NCBI RefSeq assembly: GCF_007679035.1
Contig: NZ_VEFR01000002.1
Span: 349,245-413,244, forward strand
Origin: Agrococcus jejuensis
GTDB lineage: Bacteria; Actinomycetota; Actinomycetes; Actinomycetales; Microbacteriaceae
Length of the DNA stretch: 64,000 nt
Reading direction: 5' to 3'
The position numbers were made by a program, and so were the translations under genes. The notes beneath the pieces were generated by a model. The model ran no database searches. It saw only the letters and a list, made by a program, of their open reading frames with translations, and was not told where the DNA came from. Shown here piece after piece: positions 8,215 through 19,200 of the stretch. The number at the start of each line of letters is the position of its first letter. Position 1 is the stretch's first letter.

Positions 8215-8600
8215 CGAGCTGACTGGTCACGCGTGGTTGGGAATGGTCGCTCGTTGCAACCACGAGTGACCAGTCGAAGGTGACGAGTGACCAGTCGGCG
8301 CAACGAGTGACCAGCCGGTGCCGCAGCGGTCAGCGGATGCGGCGCTGGTCGCTCGCCTCGCATGGAGGACGACTGGTCGCAGTTGCACCGGACTGGTCGC
8401 AGTTGCGGTGCACCTGCGACCAGTCGAGCGTGCATCTTCGACCAGCCTGGTGCAATCGTGACCAGTCATGCCGGCGTCGGCGCGCGCCTCGTCGTCGACT
8501 GGTCGCGAATGGCTGTCGACTGGTCGGACTTGGCAGCCAACTGCGACCAGTCACGAGTCGACTGCGACCCGTCACGAGCCACGTGCGACCGGTCGTGGAG
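8215..8600. repeat. Second ~21-bp-period array with the same GACTGGTC / GACCAGTC core, about 17 units
   Basis: Examples: tgaccagtcgaaggtgacgag / tgaccagtcggcgcaacgag / actggtcgcagttgcaccgg / actggtcgcagttgcggtgcac / gaccagtcgagcgtgcatcttc ... It flanks the small secreted gene on the other side. Confidence 0.7.
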
Positions 8601-8603
8601 ACA

Positions 8604-8643
8604 GGCGGATGCGGGCGGCCCTGGCCGGCCGTCCGCATCCGCC
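8604..8643 (-). terminator. GC-rich stem-loop (GGCGGATGCGGGCGGCC...GGCCGTCCGCATCCGCC) just after the stop of the minus-strand M20 gene
   Basis: The stem is 17 bp with one mismatch. There is no clear U-tract, which is common in high-GC actinobacteria. Confidence 0.45.
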
Positions 8644-8653
8644 CTCCCGAGCG

Positions 8654-9832
8654 TCAGCCCTCGAACGTGGCCTTCGCGTCGGCGACGATCGCCGGGTCGC
8701 GGAACGCCGACAGCGCGGTCGCCGCGAGCATCACGGCACCGTCGGCGATCGCCGGCGGCGCCAGCTCGGCCGAGCCGGCCGCCGCCGCGAACTCGCGCGT
8801 GTGCGGTGCGACGTCGCGCGCGAGGCAGATCATCGGGTGGATCGACGGCACCACGTGGCTCACGTTGCCCATGTCGGTCGAGCCCGCGAGCGTCGGGTCG
8901 GGCTCGAGCTCGCGGCCCAGCACGCCGTACGCCGCCTCGGCGACGTCGACGAGCGTGACGTTCGACCGCAGCGAGAAGTACGGCGGCGTGTTCTCGGCGA
9001 TCTCGACCGTCGTGCCCGTCGCGAGCGCGGCGCCGTCGAAGCAGGCGCGCACGCGCGGCACGACGTCGGAGAGCAGGTGCTCGCGGTCGCCGGCGCGCAC
9101 GAAGATCCGCAGCGCCGCATGCTCGGGGATGATGTTCGGCGCCTGGCCGCCGTTCGTGATGATGGCGTGGATGCGCACGTCGTCGGTCATCTGCTGGCGC
9201 AGGAGGCCGATCGCCGTGAGCGACAGCGTCGCGGCGTCGAGCGCGTTGCGGCCGATCTCGGGGGCGCCGGCTGCGTGGGCCGCCTTGCCGTGGAAGTCGA
9301 CGTCGAGCGCGACGCGCGACAGCGACGAGCCGCGCACGGCGTCCGATCCCGACGGGTGCACCATGATCGCGAGGTCGACGCCGTCGAGCACGCCGCCGTC
9401 GATCATCGGCACCTTGCCGGCTGCGCCTTCCTCGCCCGGGCTGCCGATCACCACGAGGTGCGCGGGCACGGGCGACGCCACGAGCGCGTCCTTCACGAGC
9501 ATCCCCGCGCCGAGACCGGCGGCGGCGATGACGTTGTGGCCGCACGCGTGGCCGATCTCCTCGAGCGCGTCGTACTCGCAGAAGATCGCGATCGTCGGGG
9601 CGTCGGCGCCCGCACCCGGCGTCGACCAGCGGCCGACGAAGGCGGTCTCGAGACCGGCGAAGCCGCGCTCGACGGCGAAGCCCGCGAGCTCGAGCTCGGC
9701 CGTGAGGCGCGCGGCGGCGTGCGTCTCGGTGAAGCGGATCTCGGGATGCGCGTGCAGGTCGGCGGCGACGTCGACGAGCGTCGTGAGGCGCGCGGAGAGC
9801 AGCGTCTGCAGCTCGGCGATCGTCGCGGGCAT
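8654..9832 (-). CDS. M20-family amidohydrolase (AbgB / hippurate-hydrolase-like metallopeptidase)
   Basis: The 392-aa translation from MPATIAELQ has M20 metal-binding segments (IGHACGHN, GSPGEEGAAGK, HGKAAHAAG). It lies downstream of abgT on the same strand. Confidence 0.8.
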   Translation of the reverse strand: MPATIAELQTLLSARLTTLVDVAADLHAHPEIRFTETHAAARLTAELELAGFAVERGFAGLETAFVGRWSTPGAGADAPTIAIFCEYDALEEIGHACGHNVIAAAGLGAGMLVKDALVASPVPAHLVVIGSPGEEGAAGKVPMIDGGVLDGVDLAIMVHPSGSDAVRGSSLSRVALDVDFHGKAAHAAGAPEIGRNALDAATLSLTAIGLLRQQMTDDVRIHAIITNGGQAPNIIPEHAALRIFVRAGDREHLLSDVVPRVRACFDGAALATGTTVEIAENTPPYFSLRSNVTLVDVAEAAYGVLGRELEPDPTLAGSTDMGNVSHVVPSIHPMICLARDVAPHTREFAAAAGSAELAPPAIADGAVMLAATALSAFRDPAIVADAKATFEG

Positions 9833-9936
9833 CGCGGCGATGCCGGCCTCGGTGGCGGGACGCACGGTGGTGGTGATGGTGGGCACTGCAAGGACCTCCT
9901 TGGGGTCGGTCGGGGTGAGCGGAGCGGTGGCGGCGG

Positions 9937-11481
9937 TCACAGGGTCAGCCCGTGCCCCGGCCCGACGGGCAGGCCGAGCAGACCCCACACGAGGAACTGC
10001 AGCAGCCACACGCCCCAGATGACGAGGGTGAACGGGATGACGAGGCTGAAGAGCGTGCCGAGGCCGGCCTTGGGCGACCAGCGCTGCAGCAGGCCGAGCA
10101 CGACCGGCAGCATCGGGTTCATCGGCACGAGCGTGTTCGTGGCGGAGTCGGTGATGCGGAACGCGGCCTGCACGTAGGCCGGGTCGATGCCGGCGAGCAT
10201 GAACATCGGCACGAAGATCGGTGCGAGCAGGGTCCACAGCGCGGATCCGGATGCGAGCAGCAGCGCGGGCAGCGTGCAGAAGAGGCTGAACAGCAGCAGG
10301 CCGCCGATGCCGCCGAGGCCCGTCGCCTCCATGCCCTGCGCGCCGGCGGTGGCGATGAGCAGGCCGAGCTGCGACCAGTTGAACCACGCGATCGCCTGCG
10401 CGGCCGTGAAGATGACGACGATGAACGGCACGAGGTCCTTCACCGCGGCCGCCATGTGCTCGGGCACGTCGGTCGCCTTCGTCAGCGTCTTCGCGCCGAG
10501 GCCGTAGGCGACGCCGGCGACGAGGAACAGGAAGAGGATGAAGATCGGCAGCGCCGTCATGAACGGCGAGCGCAGGATCTGACCGCCCTCGCCCTGCAGC
10601 GGCGAGCCGGGCACGAGCAGCGCGGTCGCGACGAGCGCGAGGTAGGCGACCACCGAGATCGCGGCGATGCGCAGCCCGCGGCGCTCGATCGGCTCGAGCG
10701 GCTTCGACGCATCCTCGTCGGCCAGCCCGCCCTCGTACGGCGTGAGGCGCGGCTCGACGTAGCGCTGGCACACGATGGTGATGACGATGGCGAGGATGAG
10801 GGTCGACGTGGCCATGAAGAAGTAGTTGGCGACGGGCGACACCGATGCCTCGGGGTCGACGATCTGCGCCGCGGACGTCGTGATGCCCGAGAGCAGCACG
10901 TCGGTGCCTGCGGGCACGATGTTGGCGGAGAACCCGGCGACGACGGCCGCGTAGGAGGCGGCGAAGCCCGCGAGCGGGTGACGGCCGGCGGCGAGGAACG
11001 CGGCGGCCGCGAGCGGCGGCAGGATGACCATGGCCGAGTCGGAGGCCAGGTTGCCCATGAGGCTCACGAGCACGACGACGAAGGTCACGGCCCAGGCGGG
11101 CGCGGCGAGCACGGCGCCGCGCATCGCGGCCTTCAGCAGCCCGAGGCGCTCGGCGACGCCGATGCCGAGCATGACCGTGACGATGAGCCCGAGCGGCGGG
11201 AACGTGACGAAGTTCGTGATGGCGTTCGTGAGCGCGTAGACGGCGCCCTCGCCGGAGAGGATGCTGCGGATCGGCACCGTCTCCCCCGTCGCCGGGTCGG
11301 TCGTCTCGGCGCCGAGCAGCGCCGCGATGCCCGAGGCGACGGCGACGAGGCCGGCGATGATGAGGAAGAGGTAGAAGGGGTGGGGCAGCTTGTTGCCCAC
11401 CCGCTCGATGCCGCGCAGGATGCGCCCGCCGACGCCCTTGGCGTCGGCGAGCGTGAGCGTCGTGGTGGTGTCGGTGGACAT
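9937..11481 (-). CDS. abgT: AbgT-family transporter (p-aminobenzoyl-glutamate / dipeptide uptake)
   Basis: The 514-aa polytopic membrane protein starts MSTDTTTTLTLADAKGVGGRILRGIERVGNKLPHPFYLFLII, which is characteristic of the AbgT N-terminus. Confidence 0.85.
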   Translation of the reverse strand: MSTDTTTTLTLADAKGVGGRILRGIERVGNKLPHPFYLFLIIAGLVAVASGIAALLGAETTDPATGETVPIRSILSGEGAVYALTNAITNFVTFPPLGLIVTVMLGIGVAERLGLLKAAMRGAVLAAPAWAVTFVVVLVSLMGNLASDSAMVILPPLAAAAFLAAGRHPLAGFAASYAAVVAGFSANIVPAGTDVLLSGITTSAAQIVDPEASVSPVANYFFMATSTLILAIVITIVCQRYVEPRLTPYEGGLADEDASKPLEPIERRGLRIAAISVVAYLALVATALLVPGSPLQGEGGQILRSPFMTALPIFILFLFLVAGVAYGLGAKTLTKATDVPEHMAAAVKDLVPFIVVIFTAAQAIAWFNWSQLGLLIATAGAQGMEATGLGGIGGLLLFSLFCTLPALLLASGSALWTLLAPIFVPMFMLAGIDPAYVQAAFRITDSATNTLVPMNPMLPVVLGLLQRWSPKAGLGTLFSLVIPFTLVIWGVWLLQFLVWGLLGLPVGPGHGLTL

Positions 11482-11602
11482 GTGCGTGCTCCGGGGGGAT
11501 CGGTGCCGCGCCGTTGCGGCGGACGGACGTTGCGTGGCATCTTGCCGATCCCATGTCACGAACCGTGTTGCATGATCGATCCGCACCTCGGTTGCTGCGA
11601 TC

Positions 11603-12634
11603 ATGTTCGACATGCACCCCACGGTCCCCTCGCATCCGCACGACCTGTCGGATTCGGACCTGGCGCTCGTGGCCGCCCTGCAGGACGCGCCGCGGGCGTC
11701 GTGGGCGGCGATCGGACGCGTCATCGGCACGAGCGCACCCACCGCCAGGCGCCGCTGGGAGGCGATCGCCGCGTCGGGTGCGGCATGGACCACGACGTAT
11801 GCGGGCTTCTCGGCGGGGCTGCTGTTCGGCCTCGCCGAGGTGCGCTGCCGCCCCGGCACCGTCGACGCCGTCGCGGCTGCCCTGCGGCAGCATCCGAAGG
11901 TCATCTCCGTCACGGGCATGACGGGCGATCGCGACCTGTCGCTCACGATCCTCGCCGACGACATGGCGCAGTTCCGCAGGCTCATCCAGTCGTGGCTCGG
12001 CACCCACGAGGCGGTGACGGGCGTGCGCACGACGATCGTGACGCGCATGATCTCCGACGGCTCGCGGTGGCGCGCCGTCGGCCCGCCGCACGACCGCCCG
12101 CCGCAGTCGACGCTCGACGAGGGCCGCACCGACGGCGACGCCGCCACGGGTGAGCAGTGGCGCGCCGTGCTCACGGAGCTCGAGCGCGACGGCCGCGCGA
12201 GCGCGCGCGACATCGCCGCGCGCATCGGCACGTCGGAGGCGCACGCGCGCCGCGTCGTGCGGCGGCTGCTCGCGAGCGGATGGATCCAGCAGCGCATCGA
12301 CGTGTCCCTCGAGCAGCGCATGTGGCCGCACGCGCTCGCGCTGTGGCTCGTCGTGCCCGCCGCCCGGCTCGAGGCGACGGCCATGCAGATCGCCGACCTG
12401 CCGATGACGCGCATGTGCGCGGCCCTCGCCGGCGGCGCGTCGAACCTCTACGTCATCGTGTGGCTGCGCGAGATCGCCGACGCCGCGACCATGGAGGCCG
12501 AGCTCGCCCGCAGCCTCGAGCTGCGCGTGCTCGACCGCGCCATCCTGCTGCACTACTACAAGCGCGTCGGCCATCTCTTCGACGACGCGAACCGCCGCGA
12601 GGGCCACGTGTCGTGGCTGGCGCCGTCGCCGTAG
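11603..12634 (+). CDS. Lrp/AsnC-family transcriptional regulator with tandem domains
   Basis: Two HTH_AsnC plus RAM-like halves are visible (DLALVAALQDAPRASWAAIGRVIGTSAPTARRRWEA... and WRAVLTELERDGRASARDIAARIGTSEAHARRVVRRL...). It is transcribed divergently from the abgT-M20 operon. Confidence 0.8.
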   Translation: MFDMHPTVPSHPHDLSDSDLALVAALQDAPRASWAAIGRVIGTSAPTARRRWEAIAASGAAWTTTYAGFSAGLLFGLAEVRCRPGTVDAVAAALRQHPKVISVTGMTGDRDLSLTILADDMAQFRRLIQSWLGTHEAVTGVRTTIVTRMISDGSRWRAVGPPHDRPPQSTLDEGRTDGDAATGEQWRAVLTELERDGRASARDIAARIGTSEAHARRVVRRLLASGWIQQRIDVSLEQRMWPHALALWLVVPAARLEATAMQIADLPMTRMCAALAGGASNLYVIVWLREIADAATMEAELARSLELRVLDRAILLHYYKRVGHLFDDANRREGHVSWLAPSP

Positions 12635-12640
12635 GGGCGA

Positions 12641-12800
12641 CCGGCTGGCCGAGGAGCGGCCTTGGTGGGCACCTCTCGAGGCTCACTTCGTTCGCACCTC
12701 GAGGAGCGGTCATGGGAACCTCGTGGCGCGCTCCCCCTCCGACCCTCGAGGTGCGAGCGCAGCGAGCCTCGCAAGGGTCTCGCCGATCAGCAGTGGTGGC
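12641..12800. repeat. Dispersed GC-rich palindromic element (CCTCGAGGTGCGAGCGCAGCGAGCCTCG core)
   Basis: It contains CACCTCGAGGAGCGG and CCTCGAGGTGCGAGCGCAGCGAGCCTCGCAAGG, boxes shared with 59575-59665 and 62440-62610. Confidence 0.5.
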
Positions 12801-12837
12801 AGGATGCGAGCAGCGCATCCCCGAAGAAGGAGCCCGC

Positions 12838-13143
12838 ATGTCGTTCCAGGCCTACCTCGACGCCGTCGAGGCGAAGACCGGCAAGACCCCGCGGGCGCTC
12901 GTCGCCGAGGCGACGGAGCTCGGGTTCGGCGCCGACACGAAGGCCGGCCCCATCCTCGAATGGCTCAAGGATGCGTACGGACTCGGCCGCGGCCATGGGA
13001 TGGCGATGGTGCACGTGATCACGAAGGGCCCGGGCATCGGGTCGAAGCACGTCGGCTCGACGGGCTCGCACCGCGACGAGTCGGACACCCTCTGGCTCGA
13101 CGGCAAGGACGCCAAGCCCGCCGACTGGGGCCAGCAGGGCTGA
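12838..13143 (+). CDS. DUF4287-family small protein
   Basis: The 101-aa translation (MSFQAYLDAVEAKTGKTPRALVAEA...GHGMAMVHVI) matches DUF4287. A Shine-Dalgarno (GAAGGAG) lies 7 nt upstream. Confidence 0.7.
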   Translation: MSFQAYLDAVEAKTGKTPRALVAEATELGFGADTKAGPILEWLKDAYGLGRGHGMAMVHVITKGPGIGSKHVGSTGSHRDESDTLWLDGKDAKPADWGQQG

Positions 13144-13264
13144 CGCACGGCGCTGCGAGCGTCACCGAGGCGGTCGTCCGCTCCCCGGACCTCGGTGCTG
13201 CGAGCACGCGGACGCCCACGGGCCGGTCGACCCGAAGGTCGACCGGCCCGTCGCGCGTCGGGCG

Positions 13265-16200
13265 TCAGCCCTCGCCGCGTCGGCGGCGCACGCCGAGCAC
13301 GAGGCCGGCGCCGATCGCGAGCATCGCGGCGAGCGCGAGCCAGCCGGCGACCGCGACGCCCGTGCGCGGCAGGTCGCTGCCCGCCTGGCCGCCCTCGGCG
13401 CCCGACTCCGGGCCGCCGTCGTCGGATCCCGGACCGCTCGGAGCGGGAGCGCTGGGCTCGGGCGTGCCCGGGTCGCTCGGTGCGGGCGTGCCGGGATCGC
13501 TGGGACCGGGCGTGCCCGGGTCGCTGGGTCCGGGCGTGCCGGGGTCCTGCGCGAACTCGATGACGATCTCGCCGGTCACGATCGTGCCGTCGGCCGCGAT
13601 GCCCGTCCAGCGCACCGGCGTCGGGTTGCGGGTGAAGCCGACCTCGGGGGTGAACGTGACGAGGCCGGTGGCGACGTCGACCTCCCACACGCCCTCGCCG
13701 GGCACGACGAGTCGCTGCACCTGCGCGCCGAACGCGTCGAGCAGACGCACCGAGTCGCGCTGCAGGGTCGGCGACACGGATCCCGGGTCGACCGTCACGG
13801 GGCTGCCCTCGGGAGCGCTCGCCGCGATGTCGGCGACGACCTCGGTCGAGCCGGCCGTGACCTGCGGGCGGTACGTCGCCGCGGCGGCGGTGCCGTTGGC
13901 GTCGAGGACGCGGTAGGCGACGCCCGCGCCGATGCCGACGAATCCGGCCTCGGGCGTGAACACGATGCGACCGTCGACGAGCGCGTAGGAGCCCTCGCCG
14001 GCCACGACCACGACGGCCGCCGGGGCGCCGACCGCGTCCAGCAGCGTGAGCGACTCGCGCACGAGCGGCACCCCCGGGTCGCCGGCGGCGTCGTTCGCGA
14101 GCGGATCGACCGACTGCGGTGCGCGCTGCACGCCGCTCGACGAGTCGTCGGCGGCGACGGGCGTCACGGCCGAGACCGTCGCACGCGCCGTGCCGGTCGC
14201 GGGGATGCCGTTGGCGTCGCTCACGCGGTAGCCGACCGCGGGCGTCGTGCCCACGAAGCCGGGCTCCGGGGTGAAGACGAGCACGGGCGCGTCGCCGCTG
14301 CGGTCGATCGTCCAGACGCCCTGGCCGTCGACGACGACGCGGTCGATGGGCTGACCGGCGTCGTCGAGCAGCTGCAGCGTCTGCGGGCGCAGCGGCACGT
14401 CGGGGTCGCCGGCCTCGTCGTTCGCGAGCACGTCGACGACGACGGGTGCGCCCTGGCGGCCCGTGCCGAGGTCGGGGCTCGCGATCGGCGCGACGGCGCC
14501 GATCGTCGCGCCGACCGTCGCGGTCGCCACGGTGCCGTTGGCGTCGGCGACGCGGTACGGCACGGGCGTGGCGTCGCCCGAGAACGTCGCAGCGGGCGTG
14601 AAGACCACGACGGGCGCGGCAGGCGTCGAGCGGTCGATCGTCCACACGCCCTGGCCGTCGACGACGAGGCGGTCGACGCCTGCACCGTCGGCATCCACGA
14701 GCTCGAGGGTCGCGGGTCGCAGCGGCACGCTCGGGTGACCGGCGGCGTCGTTCGCGAGCACGTCGATCGTCGCGGCGGCACCCTGGCGGGCGGCGCCGAC
14801 GTCGTCCGTCGCGACGGGCAGCACGGCCGTGATGGTCACGCCGAGGGACGCGGTCGCGCGCGTGCCGTTGACGTCGGCCACGACGTAGCCCACCGGCGTC
14901 GCGTCGCCCCGGAACGTCGGCAGCGGCGTGAACACCACGCGCGGAGCGGCGGGGTCGTCGCGGTCGATCGACCAGGTGCCCTCGTCCTCGACCTCGCGGG
15001 TCGCGACGGGCTCGCCCGCGGCGTCGAGCAGCATGAGCGACGCCGGGTCGAGCGCGACGGCGGGGTCGCCGGCACGGTCGTTCGCGAGCGGGTCGATCCG
15101 CACGGGCGAACCCTGCAGAGCAGCGCCGGCGTCGTCGGCCGCCACCGGCGTCACGGCCGTGACCTCGGCGATGACGATCGCGGCCGTCGTCCAGGTGCCG
15201 TTGGCGTCGGCGACGGCGTACTGCACCGAGGCGCTGCCCGTGAAGGTCGGGTCGGTCGCGAACACGATGCGCGGCGTCGCACCGGCGCGGTCGATCGACC
15301 ACGTGCCGACGCCGGGCACCGACACCTCGTCGACGCGGGCGCCGTTGGCGTCGAGCAGCGTGAGCGACGACGCGACGAGCGGCACCCCGGGTGCACCGGC
15401 GCGGTCGTTGTCGAGCGGCGAGACGGCGACGACGGCGCCCTGGCGGGCCTCGCCCTCGTCGTCGACGGCGATGGGCGTCACGGGCGTGACGCGCACGGCG
15501 ACCTCGGCCGTGGCCGTCGCACCGTTGGCGTCGGCGATCCGGTAGGACACGGGCGTCGCGTCGCCTGCGAACGTCGCGAGCGGCTCGAACACGAGCCTCG
15601 GGGCCGCCGCATCCGTGCGGTCGATGCGCCAGGTGCCCTGGTCGGCCACGTCGAGCGTCGTCACGGCGTCGCCGGCCGCGTCGAGCAGCGTGAGCGTCGA
15701 CGGGCGCAGCGCGATCGACGGGTGGCCCGCCTGATCGTTCGCGAGCACGAGGATCGTCGCCGAGCGCCCCTGCGTCGTCGTGGCCTCGTCGTCGGTCGCG
15801 ACGGGCGTCACGGCGGTCGAGGTCGGCGTGAAGGTCGCCTCCACGGCCGTGCCGTTGGCGTCGGCGACGCGGTAGGCGACGGGCGTCGCGGCGCCGGTGT
15901 GGTCGGCCTCGGGCGTGAAGACGATGCGGGGGCCGCCCATGGCGTCGCGGTCGATGGCGTAGCGGCCCTCGCCGGCGACGACGAGCACGTCGACGGGTGC
16001 GCCGGCGGCGGTCAGCAGCGTGAGCGTCGACGGCACGAGGGGCACCTCGGTGCGACCGGGCACGTCGTTCGCGAGCGGTGCGATCGAGACGGGCGCGCCC
16101 TGCAGGCCGGACGCGACGTCGTCGACCGCCACGGGGGCGACGGCGGCGACCGCGACGACGATCTCGGCGCGCGCGAGCGTGCCGTTCGCGTCGGCGACGC

Positions 16201-19200
16201 GGTACTCGACGGGGGCCGCGTCGCCGCGGAACCCCGCGGCGGGCGCGAACCGCACGACCGGCAGGTCGTCATCGCCGAGCTCGATCGTCCACGTGCCCTC
16301 GTCGAGCACGAAGATGCGGTCGGTCGGCTCGCCGTCGGCGTCGAGCAGCGTGAGCGTCGACGGCACGAGCGGCACGTCGGGGTGGCCGGCGGCGTCGTTC
16401 GCGAGCACGTCGACGGTCATCGGCGCGCCCTGGTAGGTCTGGCCGCGGTCGGCCTCGGCCGTGGGCGTGACGGCGACGATCGTCGCAGCGATCGACGAGC
16501 TCGTGCGCGTGCCGTTGGCGTCGCGCACCTCGTACTCGATCGTCGCGGTGCCGCTGTAGTCGGCCTCGGGGGCGAACGTGACGGTGGGGCCTCCGGCGCC
16601 GGCGCGGTCGATCGACCAGGTGCCGACACCCGGCACCACGACGCGTGCGATGGGCTCGCCGTCCGCGTCGAGCAGCAGGAGCGAGTCGGCGTCGAGCGGC
16701 ACCTCGTCGAGGCCCGCGACGTCGTTGGCGAGCGGCGAGACCGTGACGGGCGCGCCCTGGCGGGCGGTGCCTGCGTCGGCGACGGCGACGGGTGCGACGC
16801 CCGTGATCGTCGCGGCGAAGCCGGCCTCGACGGTCGTGCCGTTCTCGTCGGCGACGCGGTAGCGCACGGCGTCCGCGGTGCCCGTGAAGCCGGGCAGCGG
16901 CGTGAACACGATGCGCGGACCGCCCTCGGCGTCCAGCTCGAGCGCGTACGTGCCCGCATCCGCGATCGTCACGCTCGGCGCGTCCGCGCCGTCCGCGTCG
17001 AGCAGCGTGAGCGTCGAGGGCACGAGCGGCACGTCGGGGTGGCCGGCCGCGTCGTTCGCGAGCGGTGCGACGGATGCGCGCGCACCCTGTCGCGCGGCGG
17101 CCTCGTCGTCGTTGGCGACGGGCACGACGGGAGCGACGCGCACGCCGACGGTCGAGGCCGCCGTCGTGCTGTTCGCGTCGGCGACGCGGTACGCGACGGT
17201 CGTCGCGGGACCCGCGAAGCCGAGCTCGGGTGCGAAGCGCACGACGGGGGCGGCCTCGACGGTGCGGTCGACGGTCCACGTGCCCTCGCCCGTCACGACG
17301 AGCTCGTCGACGGCGGTCTCGCCGTCGAGCAGCGTCAGGGTCGACGGCACGAGGGGCACGTCGGGGTCGCCCGCGGCGTCGTTCGCGACGACGTCGATCG
17401 TCACGGGAGCGCCCTGGCGGGTGCCGGCGGAGTTGGGGTTCGCGACGGGCAGCACGGCGCCGATCGTGGCCGTCGCGGTCGACGTCGCGGGGGTGCCGTT
17501 GGCGTCGGCGACGCGGTAGGCGACGGTCGACTGGCCGACGAAGCCGGGCAGCGGCGCGAAGACGAGCACGGGGGCGTCGACGTCGGCGCGGTCGACGGTC
17601 CAGGTGCCCTGCCCCTCGATCTCGAGCTCGTCGACGGCGGTCTCGCCATCGAGCAGCGAGAGCGATGCGGGCGCGAGCGGCACGTCGGGGTGGCCGGCGA
17701 CGTCGTTCTCGATGGCGTCGATCGTCACCGAGGCGCCCTGGCGGGCAGCGCCGCCGTCGGGAGCGGCCGTCGGGGTCACGGCGTCGATCGTCACGTCGAC
17801 GACGGCGGATGCGTGCGTGCCGTTGTCGTCGGAGACGCGGTACGCGATGGGGCTGGCATCGCCCGTGAAGCCGGGCAGCGGTGCGAAGACGAGGTACGGG
17901 CCGCCCGCGGTGGTGCGGTCGATCGTCCACGTGCCCTCGTCGGCGACCTCGATGCGGTCCACGGGGGCGCCGTCGACGAGCAGCGTGAGCGTGGCGGGGT
18001 CGAGCGGCACCTCGTCGAGCCCGGCGACGTCGTTCGCGAGCACCGCGATCGACACGGGCGCGCCCTGGCGGCCGGTGGCGGCGTCGGGGTCGGCGACGGG
18101 GGTCACGGCGAGCGACGTCGGCGTGAACGTCGCGCTCGTGCGGGTGCCGTTGGCGTCGGCGACGCGGTAGGTCACCGGCGTCGCGGCGCCGACCCACGCG
18201 TCGAGCGGCGTGAAGACGATGCGGGGGCCGCCCTCGGCGTCGGCATCGATCTCGTAGGTGCCCTGGCCGTCGATCGCGACGGTCGCGGCCGGCTGGCCGT
18301 CGGCGCCGAGCAGCTCGAGCGTCTCGGGGTCGAGCGGCACGTCGTCGCGGCCCGCCGCATCGTTCGCGAGGGGTGCGACCGAGACGGGAGCGCCCTGGCG
18401 GGCGGAGGCGACGTCGGCGGTCGCGACGGGCGTCACGGCCTCGACGACCGCGGTGACGGTCGCGATCGCGACGGTGCCGTTGGCGTCGGCGACGCCGTAG
18501 CGCGCGGGCGTCGCGGTGCCCCGGAAGGACGGCTCCGGGGTGAACGCGATGCGCGGCATCGTGGCGTCGGCGACCACGGCGTACGTGCCCTGGCCCGCGA
18601 CGGTCACGGTCGCGACGGGGGTGCCGGCGTCGTCGACGAGCGTGAGCGTCGTCGGGTCGAGCGGCACGTCGTCGAGGCCGGCCGCGTCGTTCGCGAGCGG
18701 TGCGACGGATGCGGTGGCACCCTGGCGCGAGGTGGCGACGTCGGGCCGCGCGATCGGCGTGACCGCGTCGATGATCGCGGTCGCGGTCGAGGTCGCGACG
18801 GTGCCGTTGGCGTCGGAGACGCGGTACGACACGGTCGAGGTGCTCGCGAACGAGGGCAGCGGTGCGAAGACGAGCACGGGGGCGTCCTCGTCGTCGCGGT
18901 CGACGCGCCACGTGCCCTGGCCGGCGATCTCGACCTCGTCGGCGGCGGCGCCCTCGGCGTCGACGAGCGTGAGGGTCGAGGCGACGATCGGCACGGCGGG
19001 GTGGCCGGCGTCGTCGTTCGCGACCGCGTCGATCGTCACGGTGGCGCCCTGACGGGCCTCGCCCGCGTCGGCGACGGCGATGGGCGTGACGGCTGCGATC
19101 GTGGCGGTGACCTGCGCGGTCGCCGTCGTGCCGTTGGCGTCGGCGACGACGTACGTCACGGCGTCGGGCGTGCCGACGTAGGTCGCGACGGGCGTGAAGA

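Noticed and set aside
7225-8600. Possible CRISPR array (regularly spaced short repeats).
   Set aside because: The repeat core is ~10 bp and the spacers are ~11 bp, far below CRISPR dimensions. Unit orientation flips within arrays, and there are no cas genes anywhere in the window.
8654-12607. A 1,317-aa minus-strand ORF extending the M20 amidohydrolase 2.8 kb upstream.
   Set aside because: Only the last 392 codons (from 9832) have protein-like composition and family motifs. The upstream part overlaps the abgT gene, which is in another frame, and the AsnC gene on the opposite strand.
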